A stretch of DNA of 64,000 nt from Squalus acanthias (taxonomy: Eukaryota): contig CM059432.1 in the NCBI GenBank assembly GCA_030390025.1, forward strand, positions 113,586,001-113,650,000, in the 5' to 3' direction. This document shows positions 1-11,737 of the stretch, piece by piece (the first letter of the stretch is position 1; every line of letters begins with the position of its first letter). The notes under the pieces were generated by a model. It saw only the letters and a program-made list of their open reading frames with translations. It made no database searches and was not told the origin of the DNA. Position numbers and translations under genes: made by a program.

Positions 1-586
1 GTAACATTTGTAAACGTTCAATAAAATGTTTTTTTTAACCCATATTTTTATTTTCCTGAACAGTTTGAACTTAAGCCCAAGAATGGCAGTCGGGCCAGAA
101 TACTATTAAAAATATAGACTTACTCTTGCAAATGAATTTATTGGCACGCTTGTGGATTTAATCCTACCACTTTGTATTTTTAAACAGTTAATTTGAGCCT
201 CAAGCAATCGCAGTGAGCTAAAACATCCAGTTTACATGTCCATCCTTGGGTGCACTGTTGCTGTTGAGCAATGAACACATGATTTACAACTGAAAATTAT
301 CAAGAGTTATCAAACTGTGAATCCAACAATTTTCCAATGTTCCCCATTATGCTATTCACCCAGTTCTGGCCAAGAGTCTGGACAGAATTGATTGATAAGC
401 TATTCCCAGGACTCTTATTGCTGTTCTGAATTTAGCTCCACAAATAGGTGCTGGAAGCAGTTGCGCATTTACCCTACCAAGGGCGGGACGCAAAGACTGT
501 TCTCTGGGGACTGTGAGGAAACTTTTGAAGTTGTTCAAATATGAGTCAACATAGGTCAATCAAAATGTGTTTGTCTTACCAATGTT

Positions 587-664
587 GCCATGAACGCATT
601 GAATGGCGGTGCAGGCTCGAAGGACCGAATGGTCTACTCCTGCACCTATTTTCTATGTTTCTAC
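587..664 (+). mobile_element. CR1 LINE 3' tail fragment
   Basis: Matches the CR1 3' stem-loop tail (gaatggcggtgcaggctcga...ctactcctgc) plus tctatgtt microsatellite seen at the ends of the full CR1 copies in this window. Confidence 0.8.
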
Positions 665-1661
665 ATCCAGCAACTGTATATAAAAGTGCTTAGGAGGAGC
701 CTGGAGTTTTTCTCTCCTTGGGAAAGTCTAGACTTCTGTTGACAGACCAGTCAAAATTGGACAGTCACAGTGCAGGGAATTGTAGGTGTTATTCTCTGTA
801 GCATGTTGCACTGATGCACCTAATATTCAGTGCCTCTTCACTGGGTTTCTTTTCCACCGTGTTGTAGCCTGTACTTTGTAAGTATGGAATTACAAACCAT
901 TGTCTGAGCATTCAATGTTCGATTGAAATGCTACACATCTACAGCCTTTATGCTAACTTTTTGTGATTGTACATAGCACAAGTCAGATTGGACTTGGAAT
1001 TTTCCAAAATGCAATTATTTTGAGGTGAGTTGATGAAATCAAGTTGACATGAGGGTGTGCTTTTATGGAAACAAAACCTCGGAGTGTTTTCAGTTGTCCA
1101 GTTCAGATTGGCTGCAGTGTAACATCTAAGCGGATTTGTTGCTGGATCAATGCTCGTAAGATGTCCCAGTCCTCCTGTTAATGTGATTAATATTTTATCT
1201 CATTTATACTGTACAAACCAATTTAAAAAGAACTGATTATTCACCTAGGCTGCTAGTACTCTGGAATCTCCAGATTGACATTGCACAATGGATTCAGAGC
1301 ACTGGTCTCTTGTGCAGTTGTTGCTCCTCTACCCCATATTCTAAGCATGCCTTTGTACCTGATTTGTGATTTCCTTCATAACAGAGTGAAAACCTTTATG
1401 TACACTAAGCTTGAATTTATACTCTCATGTAGTACAACGGGGTGTCTAGTCTGCAACCCCAGGCAATCCTGTCCTTAAAGCCCAGATCTTTTTGAGCTTA
1501 TATTTCTTTGTTGGTTTGCCCTGTTTGAAATTTGTCAGACTGAAGTTTTGTTTTTCGTACTATTGCATCATTGGTAGATACATTCTAAATCCGAACACCC
1601 AAGGATTATTAGTAGCAGCATGAGATATATGCAAATTAGCAGGAACATGAAGTTTAAACTT

Positions 1662-2378
1662 TATGGGGGTAGAGTTTCCGATTTGGGCACAATCGGCAAT
1701 CCGGGCGCAAATTGTGCTAGTATTGAGAAGTTTTTTCTCCCCATGTTTCCACTCAAACTCATTTGCATATCGCCGAACGTAAAATCTGCCATGAACCAGC
1801 GCAATCGGCCAGTGTTTTAGAATGTAATTTTTGTTACTATAAAAAAGTTGCTTGTTATATTTAAGAGTGGTAACCTGGTGCAGTTTTATTAAAACAGCTG
1901 AAAATGGATTTATCACAAAAAAGCATTTTTAATTAGAGTGTCTAGTGTGAGTAACCCGATTTTAAATAACTGAAAATTACTTTAAAAAAACTATACTGAG
2001 CCATTTGCTAGTTATATTGGTGTACCGTAGTCAGTTTTTTTTAAATTAAAAGAAATTATATTCAAAAGCTTTTAAAACGTGCCTGTTGGTATCCTCGCGC
2101 CCAAAAGAACCAGCTTAATTTTAAGAGCCTCCTTGAAGGCCCGCATATGGGCACAATTAGCGGAAACGCACCCTGTTGATTAATTTGATCTAGGGGCGTA
2201 GCCAGTGTTAGGGGTGGGGCCAGTTTCTAGCGTGATGTTTTTTAAACTAGAGGAAACTCGATTTGCGCTGAACGTAATTTGAACTTGAAATTCCTCGATC
2301 TTTTGCGCTAGTTTGGCTGATGTTTGGGAGAATTGCACTGAAAAGAACAGCGTGACCTAACTCAAACTCCAGGCCTGT
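1662..2378. mobile_element. non-autonomous TIR element (MITE-like)
   Basis: Ends GGGGGTAGAGTTT... and ...AAACTCCAGGCC are imperfect inverted termini. GC-rich ends flank an AT-rich core, like the other MITEs here. Confidence 0.5.
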
Positions 2379-2805
2379 ATGTAAGCCCCAGCGCATCATG
2401 GTGCACTGCTGTCTGGTCCATGAAGGCGAATGCTTAAACTGCAGTACAGTGTTTATTTTCACCAAATTAACATGTTGATATGCATGGATCAACTTGCTGG
2501 GAACTTGTTCGCTATGATTTGGGACAGTGTTTGATGTTCTTTCTGTTTTAATTGTGTTGGAGTAAGGTAAATGTGAGTTTACTGAGCAGTTCTTTTATGT
2601 TTCAGGCGCTGTACACGTTCTTCCATCTTTGATTGGGACAATGCCTTTTTTTCCCCCTCCTTCCCTCTCTCCACCCTCCTGAGAACTGATGAATCCAATT
2701 GTAGGTGTTAAAAATTACGTAGTACTGTAGTCAAGACCATCTAATAACTCTAATGGTCGCAAGAAATAATTACTTTTCTACTGTGGATTATTTGATTTCT
2801 ATTGA

Positions 2806-3036
2806 GGAGGAATTTCTTCACTGGATCTTTGGAATTCTCTACCCCAGAGGGCTGTAAATGCTGAGTCTTTGAGTATATTCAAGGCTGAGATAGATAGATA
2901 GATTTTTGGACTCTAGGGGAATCAAGGGATATGGAGATCGGGTGGGAAAGTGGAGTTGAGGTTGATGATCAGCTATGATCTTATTGAATGGCGGAGCAGG
3001 CTCGAGGGGCCGTATGGCCTACTCCTGATCTTACTT
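2806..3036 (+). mobile_element. CR1 LINE 3' fragment
   Basis: Closely similar to the 3' end of the CR1 at 50765-50995 (tggaattctctaccccagagggctg...gcaggctcgaggggcc). Confidence 0.85.
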
Positions 3037-4375
3037 AAGTTCTATTCGGACCGTCTAGATAGCAGGGAGGTGATAGCATACAATACTTTAAATGAATTGT
3101 GATACTATTGATAACTGGAGCCTTATATTAAAATGCTTGTGTCCTGGATCGGATATATACTCTAGCCAATCTCTCCTCCTCCCACCCCCATAAATAAACA
3201 CATGCAACTCAATTAATTTGTCGCCTTTATAAATTCTAATCTTGGAAGTTTAGACTATTCCAATGTGTAATTTCAAAATTGGAATTTCCATTGAAAGGCA
3301 AATTAAGCAGTTTATATATGTCAGATTAGCCTTTGACCTTCTGAAAATCTTATTTGCATGAACAGTGGAGATCCGTATGTGGCAGGCTAAGTGTTGAAAT
3401 GGATATTATTTCAGTGGGAACTTTGAGTCGGCTTGGTTCTTGCTCAAGCTGGTTTAATAACTGCTGACTTGTTGAATGATAATTTTAGACCCACCAGATG
3501 CAGTGCTAACTCATTCCAAGCAAAGATTAAAAATAATACATTTGTAGCACCAAATGCGATTTTTGTACTGATGTGATGCTATCCTGTTTCCTACCCTAGT
3601 AAAAACCTTAACATATAAAGAAGGTGGAACGAGAAAAGACCATTCAGCACCTCTGGTTGTCCCAGTGGTTTCTCTCCATGTGTAATACTCGCTCACATAC
3701 TCTTCATTTCCCCCCTGTTTTAGCAGTGTATTTCTTCAATCCCTAAAGCAAGAAGCTGTCCATCTATCATTTGAATGATTTAGCTGAATCAGTGTGCTAG
3801 GTAACAGGCTATTCCATAAATTAGCATTCTTTAAGGATAAAATGATTAATCTTTAAGTTACATTTATCTTTAGATTTCCTTAGCTTATAATCATGTTCCC
3901 TAGGTTTCTGGTCAGACTATTCTGTGTGCATCGTAATGATTCACTTCATGATTTAAAAAGATTATTTACTGTCTTTTCTGGAGGGAACAGGATTATCTCC
4001 CTTAGTCTCGCTTTATTATTTATTGACTGAAGAACCAGTAACATCCTTGCTGCTCTTCTCATGAGCCGCTTCCAATAACTGTTTCTAAACATTTGTGAAA
4101 AGGTGAAGATTGGACTGAGCATGTGTTAACTTGTGTATCTACTCGTAAACCTCAACCCTGACTTGTTACTACATAGATGATAATTGCACCATTTAAATAC
4201 AAGAACTTCCCTTCAGCTGGGTGGTGAATTGAAATGAATTGCAATTACAGCACACTGTACCTTTACTGGAGACTTACAGCTGATATTAAATATCAAAGGT
4301 TCAAATTTAAATATATGGAGCTCCCCAAGGGCTCAGTAGGGACAGGACATTGTTTAGTACTATGATTTCCACACA

Positions 4376-5143
4376 ATGGCCCAAAAATTCGGCCGTTCTC
4401 GGGTGAGTACTCAGTGCGTACTCACCCGTATTCATTCCCAAAGTGCCGGTTTCCTGCATGCACTGCGCATGCGCGGGAAACCGGCACTTCCAGTATGGTG
4501 AAGGGGGCGGTTCCTAGGTGAACCGCGTGCGCGCTAGAGGCTGCGCGCACGCAGCACACTTAGATTTTTTTTCAGGTTTCAACGCGAGGGTAAGTATGGA
4601 AGATTCTACGCACGTAAAAAGGAGGCGTAAGACCCCTTTTAGACAAGGTAAGTAGTTAATTAAGTATAATTTTAAAAAATTTTCAACAGGTTTATCTTTT
4701 TTAGATACTTTAAAGAAAGGTAAGTTTATTTTTATAACTTTTAAAAAGTATTTTAATTTTTTCAAACATTTAAATTTTTGTTTAAAGTGGTTAATTTATT
4801 TAACTATAGTTATTTTATTAATGTGATGTTTTTTTTTTAAATTTATTTGAGGTTTAGCTGTTCTTTTGGGGCCGATTTCAATTCACAGATTTGACAGCTC
4901 TCCTGTCAAATCTATGAATGAAAGATGGTCTGCTGCCATTGGCTCTCCATAGCCCACGTGATCCCAGAGGTCGCATCGCACTAACTGCGCCCCTGGAACA
5001 CGCAAGCACTGCGCGCCGGCAGTTGGGAGAGGCCCGGGACCCGAAGTTCCTGTGGGCCCAAAACACAACGGCAGGCACGGTGGGTAAGAGCGCGCGCGAT
5101 CCTTACCCCCGCGGCAAGCCGGCCACGTGAATTTCTAGGCCAT
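4376..5143. mobile_element. non-autonomous TIR element (MITE), hairpin-rich family
   Basis: Termini ATGGCCCAAAAATTC / GAATTTCTAGGCCAT with TA on the right flank. An inverted homologous copy lies at 34619-35374. Internal hairpins. Confidence 0.8.
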
Positions 5144-6069
5144 TATTCCTGTGCAGCAATGATGTAGTATAGAGGAGTCCAGATACTTCAGTGAGTAAGG
5201 AAAAATGGGTGGCTAAATTACATCAGATTGATTTATAGTGGCTACTTTCAGACCTAAGTTGAGTTACCCGTTTACCCCTTTAGTTATGAAGGAAGTGTAT
5301 GTGATGCAGTGAGATCTTTAAATAAAACAGAAATTGGATAACATGGCCTTGTTTAAAAAAGGTATAATACTCAGTTATATTTCCTATTTTAGTACTAATC
5401 TATGCATTGCTCAATATTGAATGTTTATCTACCTGCTCAGTTGCTATTTATAATTCTCTAAGTGATATCCATCTCCTCAGAAAATCTTACCTGCATAATT
5501 TTTCTATGGCAAAAAAATTTAATTTTTACTCCTGCATCTTTTGTCAATGTTAAGTGTCTCAGGATTGAGCTCTGACACAGCTGTCCAGCTTAGAACTATT
5601 GTCATTGTGCTCACTACTTATAACACCAAATTTCTCCCCTTCTAAAGGCATTGGCTCACACTTGGGATAAGGTTCAAGGGTGCTAGCAGCACCATTGTGG
5701 TAAGGAGCGGGAATCTTCACTGACTTTCTCACCCCCCACCCCCCAGCTCAGAGAAACAGATAATTTGGAACAAAATTCCACAACCCCTGCTGTGATTAAC
5801 TAGTTTAACGTAGTCTAGTGATCAAGCTTGGGGCCTTGTCTGTAGCTCAGTACCGCACCTGGTACTGTAAACCAGAGAATCCTCGGGGAGCTCCACATAT
5901 TTAAATTTGAACCTTTGATATTTAATAACAGCTGTAAGTCTCCAGTAAAGGACCTTGTCATATGCTTTCTGATGGCCAGCACATAATATAATTATTACCC
6001 TACATTCAGGCATCAACTCTTGCATCTTCAATAATTATGTATGGTATGACCAGCCTTTCATAACCCCAT

Positions 6070-6165
6070 GTTTTTTATTCGTTCATGGGATGTGGGTGTC
6101 GCTGGCAAGGCCAGCATTTATTGCCTATCTCTAATTGCCCTTTAGAAGGTGGTGGTGAGCTGCCT
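6070..6165 (-). mobile_element. 3' tail of a CR1-group LINE (same family as 42806-43252)
   Basis: Reverse complement matches 43160-43252 (gcagctcaccaccaccttct...cccacatcccatgaac + A tail). Confidence 0.8.
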
Positions 6166-6263
6166 TCACTCCCTTATCTTGCAAAAATGTGTCTATCTCC
6201 ACTTTAAATGTATTTAATGACCCAGCCTTCACAGCTCTCTGGGGCAGAGAATTCCACAAATTT
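6166..6263 (-). mobile_element. CR1 ORF2 C-terminal fragment (probable 3' remnant of the outer CR1 at 19491-27317)
   Basis: Minus-strand translation NLWNSLPQRAVKAGSLNTFKVEIDTFLQDKGVK matches the CR1 ORF2 C-terminus of other copies. Confidence 0.8.
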
Positions 6264-7405
6264 CCCAGGGTCGTAAGTGCAGGGGGAAACTGTTCGGACG
6301 CCACCTGTGGCGCCGGGGAACAACCCAGTTGGGCAGCAGGAAGGAAGGATGATTTGTGAGGCTGGCAGGGAGTGCACACCACCACCTGTGGCGCCGGGTT
6401 TTGACTCGGTTTGGCAGCAGGCAGGGGTGGGCAAACCAATGCAGGAGAGGTCGGAGCCGGGGCCGATGTGCCCGGTCCGGCAGCAAAACTTTGGCCCACC
6501 CGGCGGTGGTGGGGGGTCAAGGACCCCTTGAAAGCCAATTTGTGGCTCCCCACGGTACCCAACAGCTTAGGGCTATGATAAGTCACCTGGGCAAGCTCAC
6601 CCAAAAGGGGGACCCCTCAGTCCACTTCATGGAAGTGGAACAGGCAGCGGGCATCAATGACTGTGATGATGCCGAGATGGCCAAAATGCTCCTGTTCTCA
6701 CTGGACAGCAAAATCTACCAGTCCCTCTCCGCAGAGAGTAAGAGGGGACAGGGTGGATATGCTGCTATCAGAGAGGGAGTTCTGGAAGCCATGGGTATGA
6801 ACGATGGTAGTCCTTTCTCCCGGGTGGAGAAGACTACACCGCTAGTAGGGGAGACCCCACAGGCTTTTGCAGACCGACTGTGGCCTGTGTACAGGAGTGC
6901 CTGTAATGGGGCTCTCAACAGGGCTCACTTGAATCAGGATGAGCTGGCCCACTGGCTCCGAAGTCTAGTGGCAAACAGCTTGCCACGGATCAGAGCCAAG
7001 GCTGAGCTGTGGTTTGACCCAAGGGACCCCCGGGGCACCGAAGAGACAGTGGTCAGACAACTGACCCTGGCTTACCGGAACAGTAGAGAGACAGAGGAGC
7101 ATCCACCCAAGGGGAAGGTGCATAAGATAAAACCCAGCCAGGGTAAGAAACAGTGGCACCAGGAAGGGGGTAACCCTTCCGACACGAAGCGTAACTGCTT
7201 CAGGTGCGGGAAGAGTGGGCATTGGAGGCAGGACAACCTAGGAAAGAATTCCCCAGCCCCTGCCTCAAAAGTAGAAACCCCGACCTCTCCCCACACGTTA
7301 GACTCGGTCGTAGAAGCAATTCGAGCCTTGCTAACTGGCCCAGGAAAGGTAGCCACAGCCACTGGGACAGTAACCCCATCTGCCCCACCAAACACACACT
7401 TATGA
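6264..7405 (+). pseudogene. gag: gag (5'-truncated, one frameshift)
   Basis: ORFs 6277-6531 and 6356-7405 are joined by a +1 shift in a G-run near 6510-6516. Capsid-like helical region, knuckle CFRCGKSGHWRQDN (last Cys lost) and C-terminal PSAP. Confidence 0.8.
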
Positions 7406-10400
7406 CTAGAGCCAGCGCAGCCTGTCTACCTGTGTCCCCTGGAGTACGACGCTTGGAAGAGGCCACTTGTTAGGATGGAGGTGGAAAAGGTGAAAGGGAC
7501 TTATCTGTTAGATACTGGAGCTTCCAGCACCATAGTCTATTCAGAGAATCCCACAGCCTCACCTCTGTCTAACGGGGTCCCGTACAGTTTAGTGGGATTC
7601 ACAGGTAACGAGCAGGCTGGCTCGTTCTCCATCCCGCTGTCCATTCATTTAGGAACACTCCACACCAAGTGGACCTGTGTCCTGATGAAATGGGAGAAAG
7701 AGGGGACGGGGATCCTGGGGGCCGACTTTATCACAGGCCACAGGATTTATGTGGATCTGAGGAACCAGTGTCTGTGGGGAGCATGTGTGGGTAGAGAGAG
7801 TGAAGTGGCAGTCATCCCAGGGAAACAGGGCAAGGGGACCTTGTGTACCCTAAAACCAAAGGAAGGTTACGACCTCGAGCAAATGGTCAGTAACACTCCG
7901 GTGGAGTACCAGGCATTTGTGCGAGCACACCTCGCAGCATTTGCCACTCACAAGCACGACTGTGGGAGGGTCAACGGGGTCGAGGTTAGTGTCAGTGGAG
8001 ACCCCATGACCCGACCACAGAAACAGTATAATTTTCCCCAGGGAGGCGGAAGCAGACATGGAAGCAGCCATGGCTTCCTTAGTAAAGCAGGGGGTGCTGA
8101 GACCGATAGCCACCCATGTAAACTCCCCACTGTGGCCGGTTAGAAAACCGGACAACTCCTGGAGGGCCACAGTGGACTATCGGGTACTCAACCGTAACAT
8201 CCCCGCCTGTGCACCCACGGTAGCAGCCGTCGCCGACCTCATAGGAAGTATCCCAGCATCTGCAACCACCTTCACAGTGCTGGACATTTCCAACGGGTTT
8301 TGGTCCATCCCTTTAAGGAGGGAGGACCAGTACAAGTTCACCTTCATGTTTAAAGGCCAACAGTACACTTGGAACTGCCTACCCCAGGGTTTCCACAATA
8401 GCCCCAGCATTTTTCACCAATGCATGGCTAATTGTCTGAAGGGTTTTAGCCGGCCCCGGCAGTTGGTACAGTATGTGGATGACCTGCTCCTGTTCACTGA
8501 TGAAGGAGAGGAACACGGTCCACTACTGGCTGAACTGCTGGAGCTGCTCAGACAAGAAGGCTTTAAGGTAAACCCTAAGAAGGTACAGATCGGCCAACAG
8601 GAAGTAAAATTCCTAGGGCTAACTGTGCGCGCAGGGGAAAGGGCTATTGACAGAGCCATGAGGGAAGCAGTGCAGGAGTTACCAGCCCCCAACACAGTCA
8701 CAGGGGTAAGGTCTTTTCTGGGACTGACTGGGTACTGCAGAGATTTTATTGAGGATTATGCAGCCACAGCAGCCCCTCTGCTCCGACTCCTACACAAGGG
8801 TGTAGAGTGGGCTTGGGACGAGGGTTGCGAGGCAGCATTTGTAAAGCTCAAGAAGGATCTGCAGACCGCACCAGCTCTAGGGGCTATTGATGGGGAGAGA
8901 GAGTTTTTCCTGGAGGTGGCAGCCAGCGGGGACAGTCTGAGTGCTGTGCTGCTCCAAGAGAGGCACGACAGGCTGAGACCAGTGGTCTACTCCTCCAGGA
9001 TACTCACTGATGTGGAGAAGGGCTACTCCAACTGTGAGAGGCACCTCCTTGCCACTCACTGGGCTGTGAAAAGATCATTGATCTTCACAGGCACATCTCC
9101 CATCACCCTGCTCACCCATCACACGCCCACCCAGATGCTCCTAGATAGGAGAATCAAAGATGGGACAGTGAGCAGTGCCCGCATTGCCCGCTGGACCCTG
9201 CTTCACTCCCAGATGGACCTAAGGGTAAAAGGTCTCTGCGAGCCGAAGCTCGCAGCCAACCTGATTTACCCAGGGAACGCCCACCGGTGTTCCATTGAAG
9301 TGGTATGGGAAGTTAACATAGGTTTTCGGGCCGGGATACACCCCACAGGCCGCGAAATCTACGTGGACGGTTCGAGCACAGTATCTGCTGGAGAACGACT
9401 CACAGGGTGTGGAGTTTATGACCCAGAGGCGGACATTGCCTTGGCCATTAAACTCCCCAGCACCATGAGCACCCAGCAGGCTGAACTGTCTGCGGTGGTG
9501 TATGTGGTTACACACCCCGAGAAGTTCCCTACCCCATACACGATTTGCTCGGACAGCATGTTCACACGCAATTCATGTACGGAGTACCTGGCCATCTGGT
9601 CCTGTCGCGGATACACCTCCGCTGATGGGAGACCCCTCACCATAAAGCCCCTGTTGGAGAAAATCATGGCAGCAGTGGGGGAGGAAGGGAAGGTCTTTAT
9701 CCATAAGGTAAAGGCCCACTCTAAGAAAGAGCCCAAGTGGGAAAATAACCACAAGGCAGACGAGCTGGCCAAACAGGGTGGCCAGAGAAGGGGTACACTG
9801 GGACCCGTACCAAGCGGGTCCAGTAGCAGCAGTCTGGGCCAGGGGAAGCACATGGGGTAGCTTTGCCCCTGTACTTAAAGCAGGTCCAAGCCCAGGACAC
9901 AGTCCTCAAGACTGTCCTGAACAGGCTTGAAAAAGGGGAGAAAGTAGAGGGCCCATACGGCGCAGCAGCCGTCACCATAAAGGAAGGCATGCTGTTCAGG
10001 GGGGAGCAGTGGGTAGTGCCACAGCAGCACCGAAGGGAATTCCTCCAACTGGCCCATGAGGGTCCAGGAGTGGGGCATCCCAGACCTGAGACCACCTGGC
10101 AATGGGTGGAACAGACAGGATGATGGCCAGGACTCAGGGAAGATGTCCACGAGTTTTGCGCCGGCTGCCTAGTGTGTGCTGCTAACAACCCAGACCCCCA
10201 GAAAAGGAAGGTGTCCATGGGACACATCAGGAGGGTAGAGGGACCATGGCAGTCGATCCAGGTCGACTATATCGGGCCACTGCCCAGGGAGGCTTTAAGT
10301 ACTGCCTAGTCCTGGTGGATGTGTTCTCAAAGTGGGTAGAAGCATTCCCATGCCGTACGGCTACCGCATTGGGTACAGCTAGGATCCTAGTCAGGGAAGT

Positions 10401-11599
10401 GTTCTCACGGTGGGGAGTGCCACAGTATGTGGAGTCCGACCAGGGGAGTCATTTTACTGGGCAGGTTATGCAAGAGACCCTCAGGGTGCTCGGCATAGAG
10501 GGGAAATGGCACGTAGCCCACAACCCGCAGTCATCGGGTCCTGAGGAGCGTTTAAACTGTACCATTAAGGAAAGACTACGGAAGGAAACGGGAGACTCAC
10601 CCAAAAGGTGGGTAGAACTCTTACCGTTGGTCTTAATGGGGATCCGAGCCAGCCAGTCAAAAAGCACGGGGTATTCCCCACACGAGCTCATGACTGGTAG
10701 GGTTATGCGGACCCCTACCCATGTGCTAGCCCCGGTGCTCACGGAAGGGCAGCTCAGAGGTGAACCAGTACAGATTTGTCAGGAATCTGCTGGAGCACCT
10801 TAAACAGGTCCTCTGGCAGGCCGCGAGCAACATGGGAAAACAGCATCGGAGTAACCGATTGCTGCTCCAACCCCGCAAGCACCACGAGTGGGAGGTAGGA
10901 GACCAGGTCATGGTTAGGAATTTTGCCCGGGTGGGGAGTTTCGAACCACTGTACATGGGGCCCTACCACATTGTGGACAAGGCAAGCCCCATGGTCTATG
11001 CCATAAAGATGCCCCGCCGTACAAAGTGTTTTCACATCAACCAATGCAAGCTGTTTAAACCCGAGAAAAGGGAACAGTCAGCAAAGGTGGACCACCCCAA
11101 AGTTAGAAATCCCCAGCCAGCAGCTGTGGCAGATGCACAGGCTGCAGCGGTGGGGACAGTGGCTTGTATCACAGGAGGGTACACTCCACCGATTATGTGG
11201 GACTCAGGCACACCCCCAGGGGCCAGAGTCCTGAGAAGGTCTCCTCGCACACCACAGCCTAAACTGCCCTGGTCACCGGTACATCAATGGGTCAGCCCAA
11301 AAGGGGCTGCAACCCAAAAAGGAGTGCCCAAGGCCAGGGAGCGTTCAAAGGTTAGGGATCCCCAGCCTGCAGCCTCAGGCTGCGGGGAACCCACAGGACA
11401 AGACAGGGACTCAACAGCCACACCAAAGGGGATAGTGTGCTGTAGCACAGGAGGGGACACTCCCGGGATTGTCAGGGATTCAGGGAAACCCTCAGTTGCT
11501 CTAAGAAGGACTCTCAGGGTCCTGCGGTACAGGCCACCTTACGCCCAGGCGTACCGGCTGCTCAGAAGCTGCCCAAGGCAGAGGCCATGCAGGGATTGA
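7406..11599 (+). pseudogene. pol: pol: aspartic protease - RT - degenerate RNase H (tether) - RNase H - integrase
   Basis: Motifs YLLDTGASS, GILGADF, LDISNGFWSI, WNCLPQGFHNSP, YVDDLL, YVDGS/QAEL/SDS/AHS/KADEL, H-x6-H...CLVC, QVDYIGP, SDQGSHF, SSGPEER and GPY. Disrupted by frameshifts (~8038, ~9780, ~9850, ~10285, ~10757) and a TGA at 10121-10123. Confidence 0.93.
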
Positions 11600-11737
11600 C
11601 CTGGTCGTCCGGAGACGGGCGGCGAGTGTACAGAGTTTTAATGTATTTTAGGTGTTTTACAGTTTTGGTAGTTTTAGGATTTTTAAGAATTCTAGTTTTA
11701 AGGATTTTAGTAAGTAAGTTTAAAGATCTCAAGAATC

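Noticed and set aside
2590..2660. Possible host exon after ttttatgtttcAG
   Set aside because: No convincing ORF, donor or recognisable protein similarity.
6301..6398. TGGCGCC motifs as a tRNA-Lys primer-binding site
   Set aside because: Only 7 nt match, no LTR end upstream, and they are part of a PPVAPG-coding duplication within gag.
8030..8045. Programmed frameshift between PR and RT
   Set aside because: Removing one C from the run restores QYNFPREAEADM inside the RT N-terminus. It is best explained as decay, like the other pol frameshifts.
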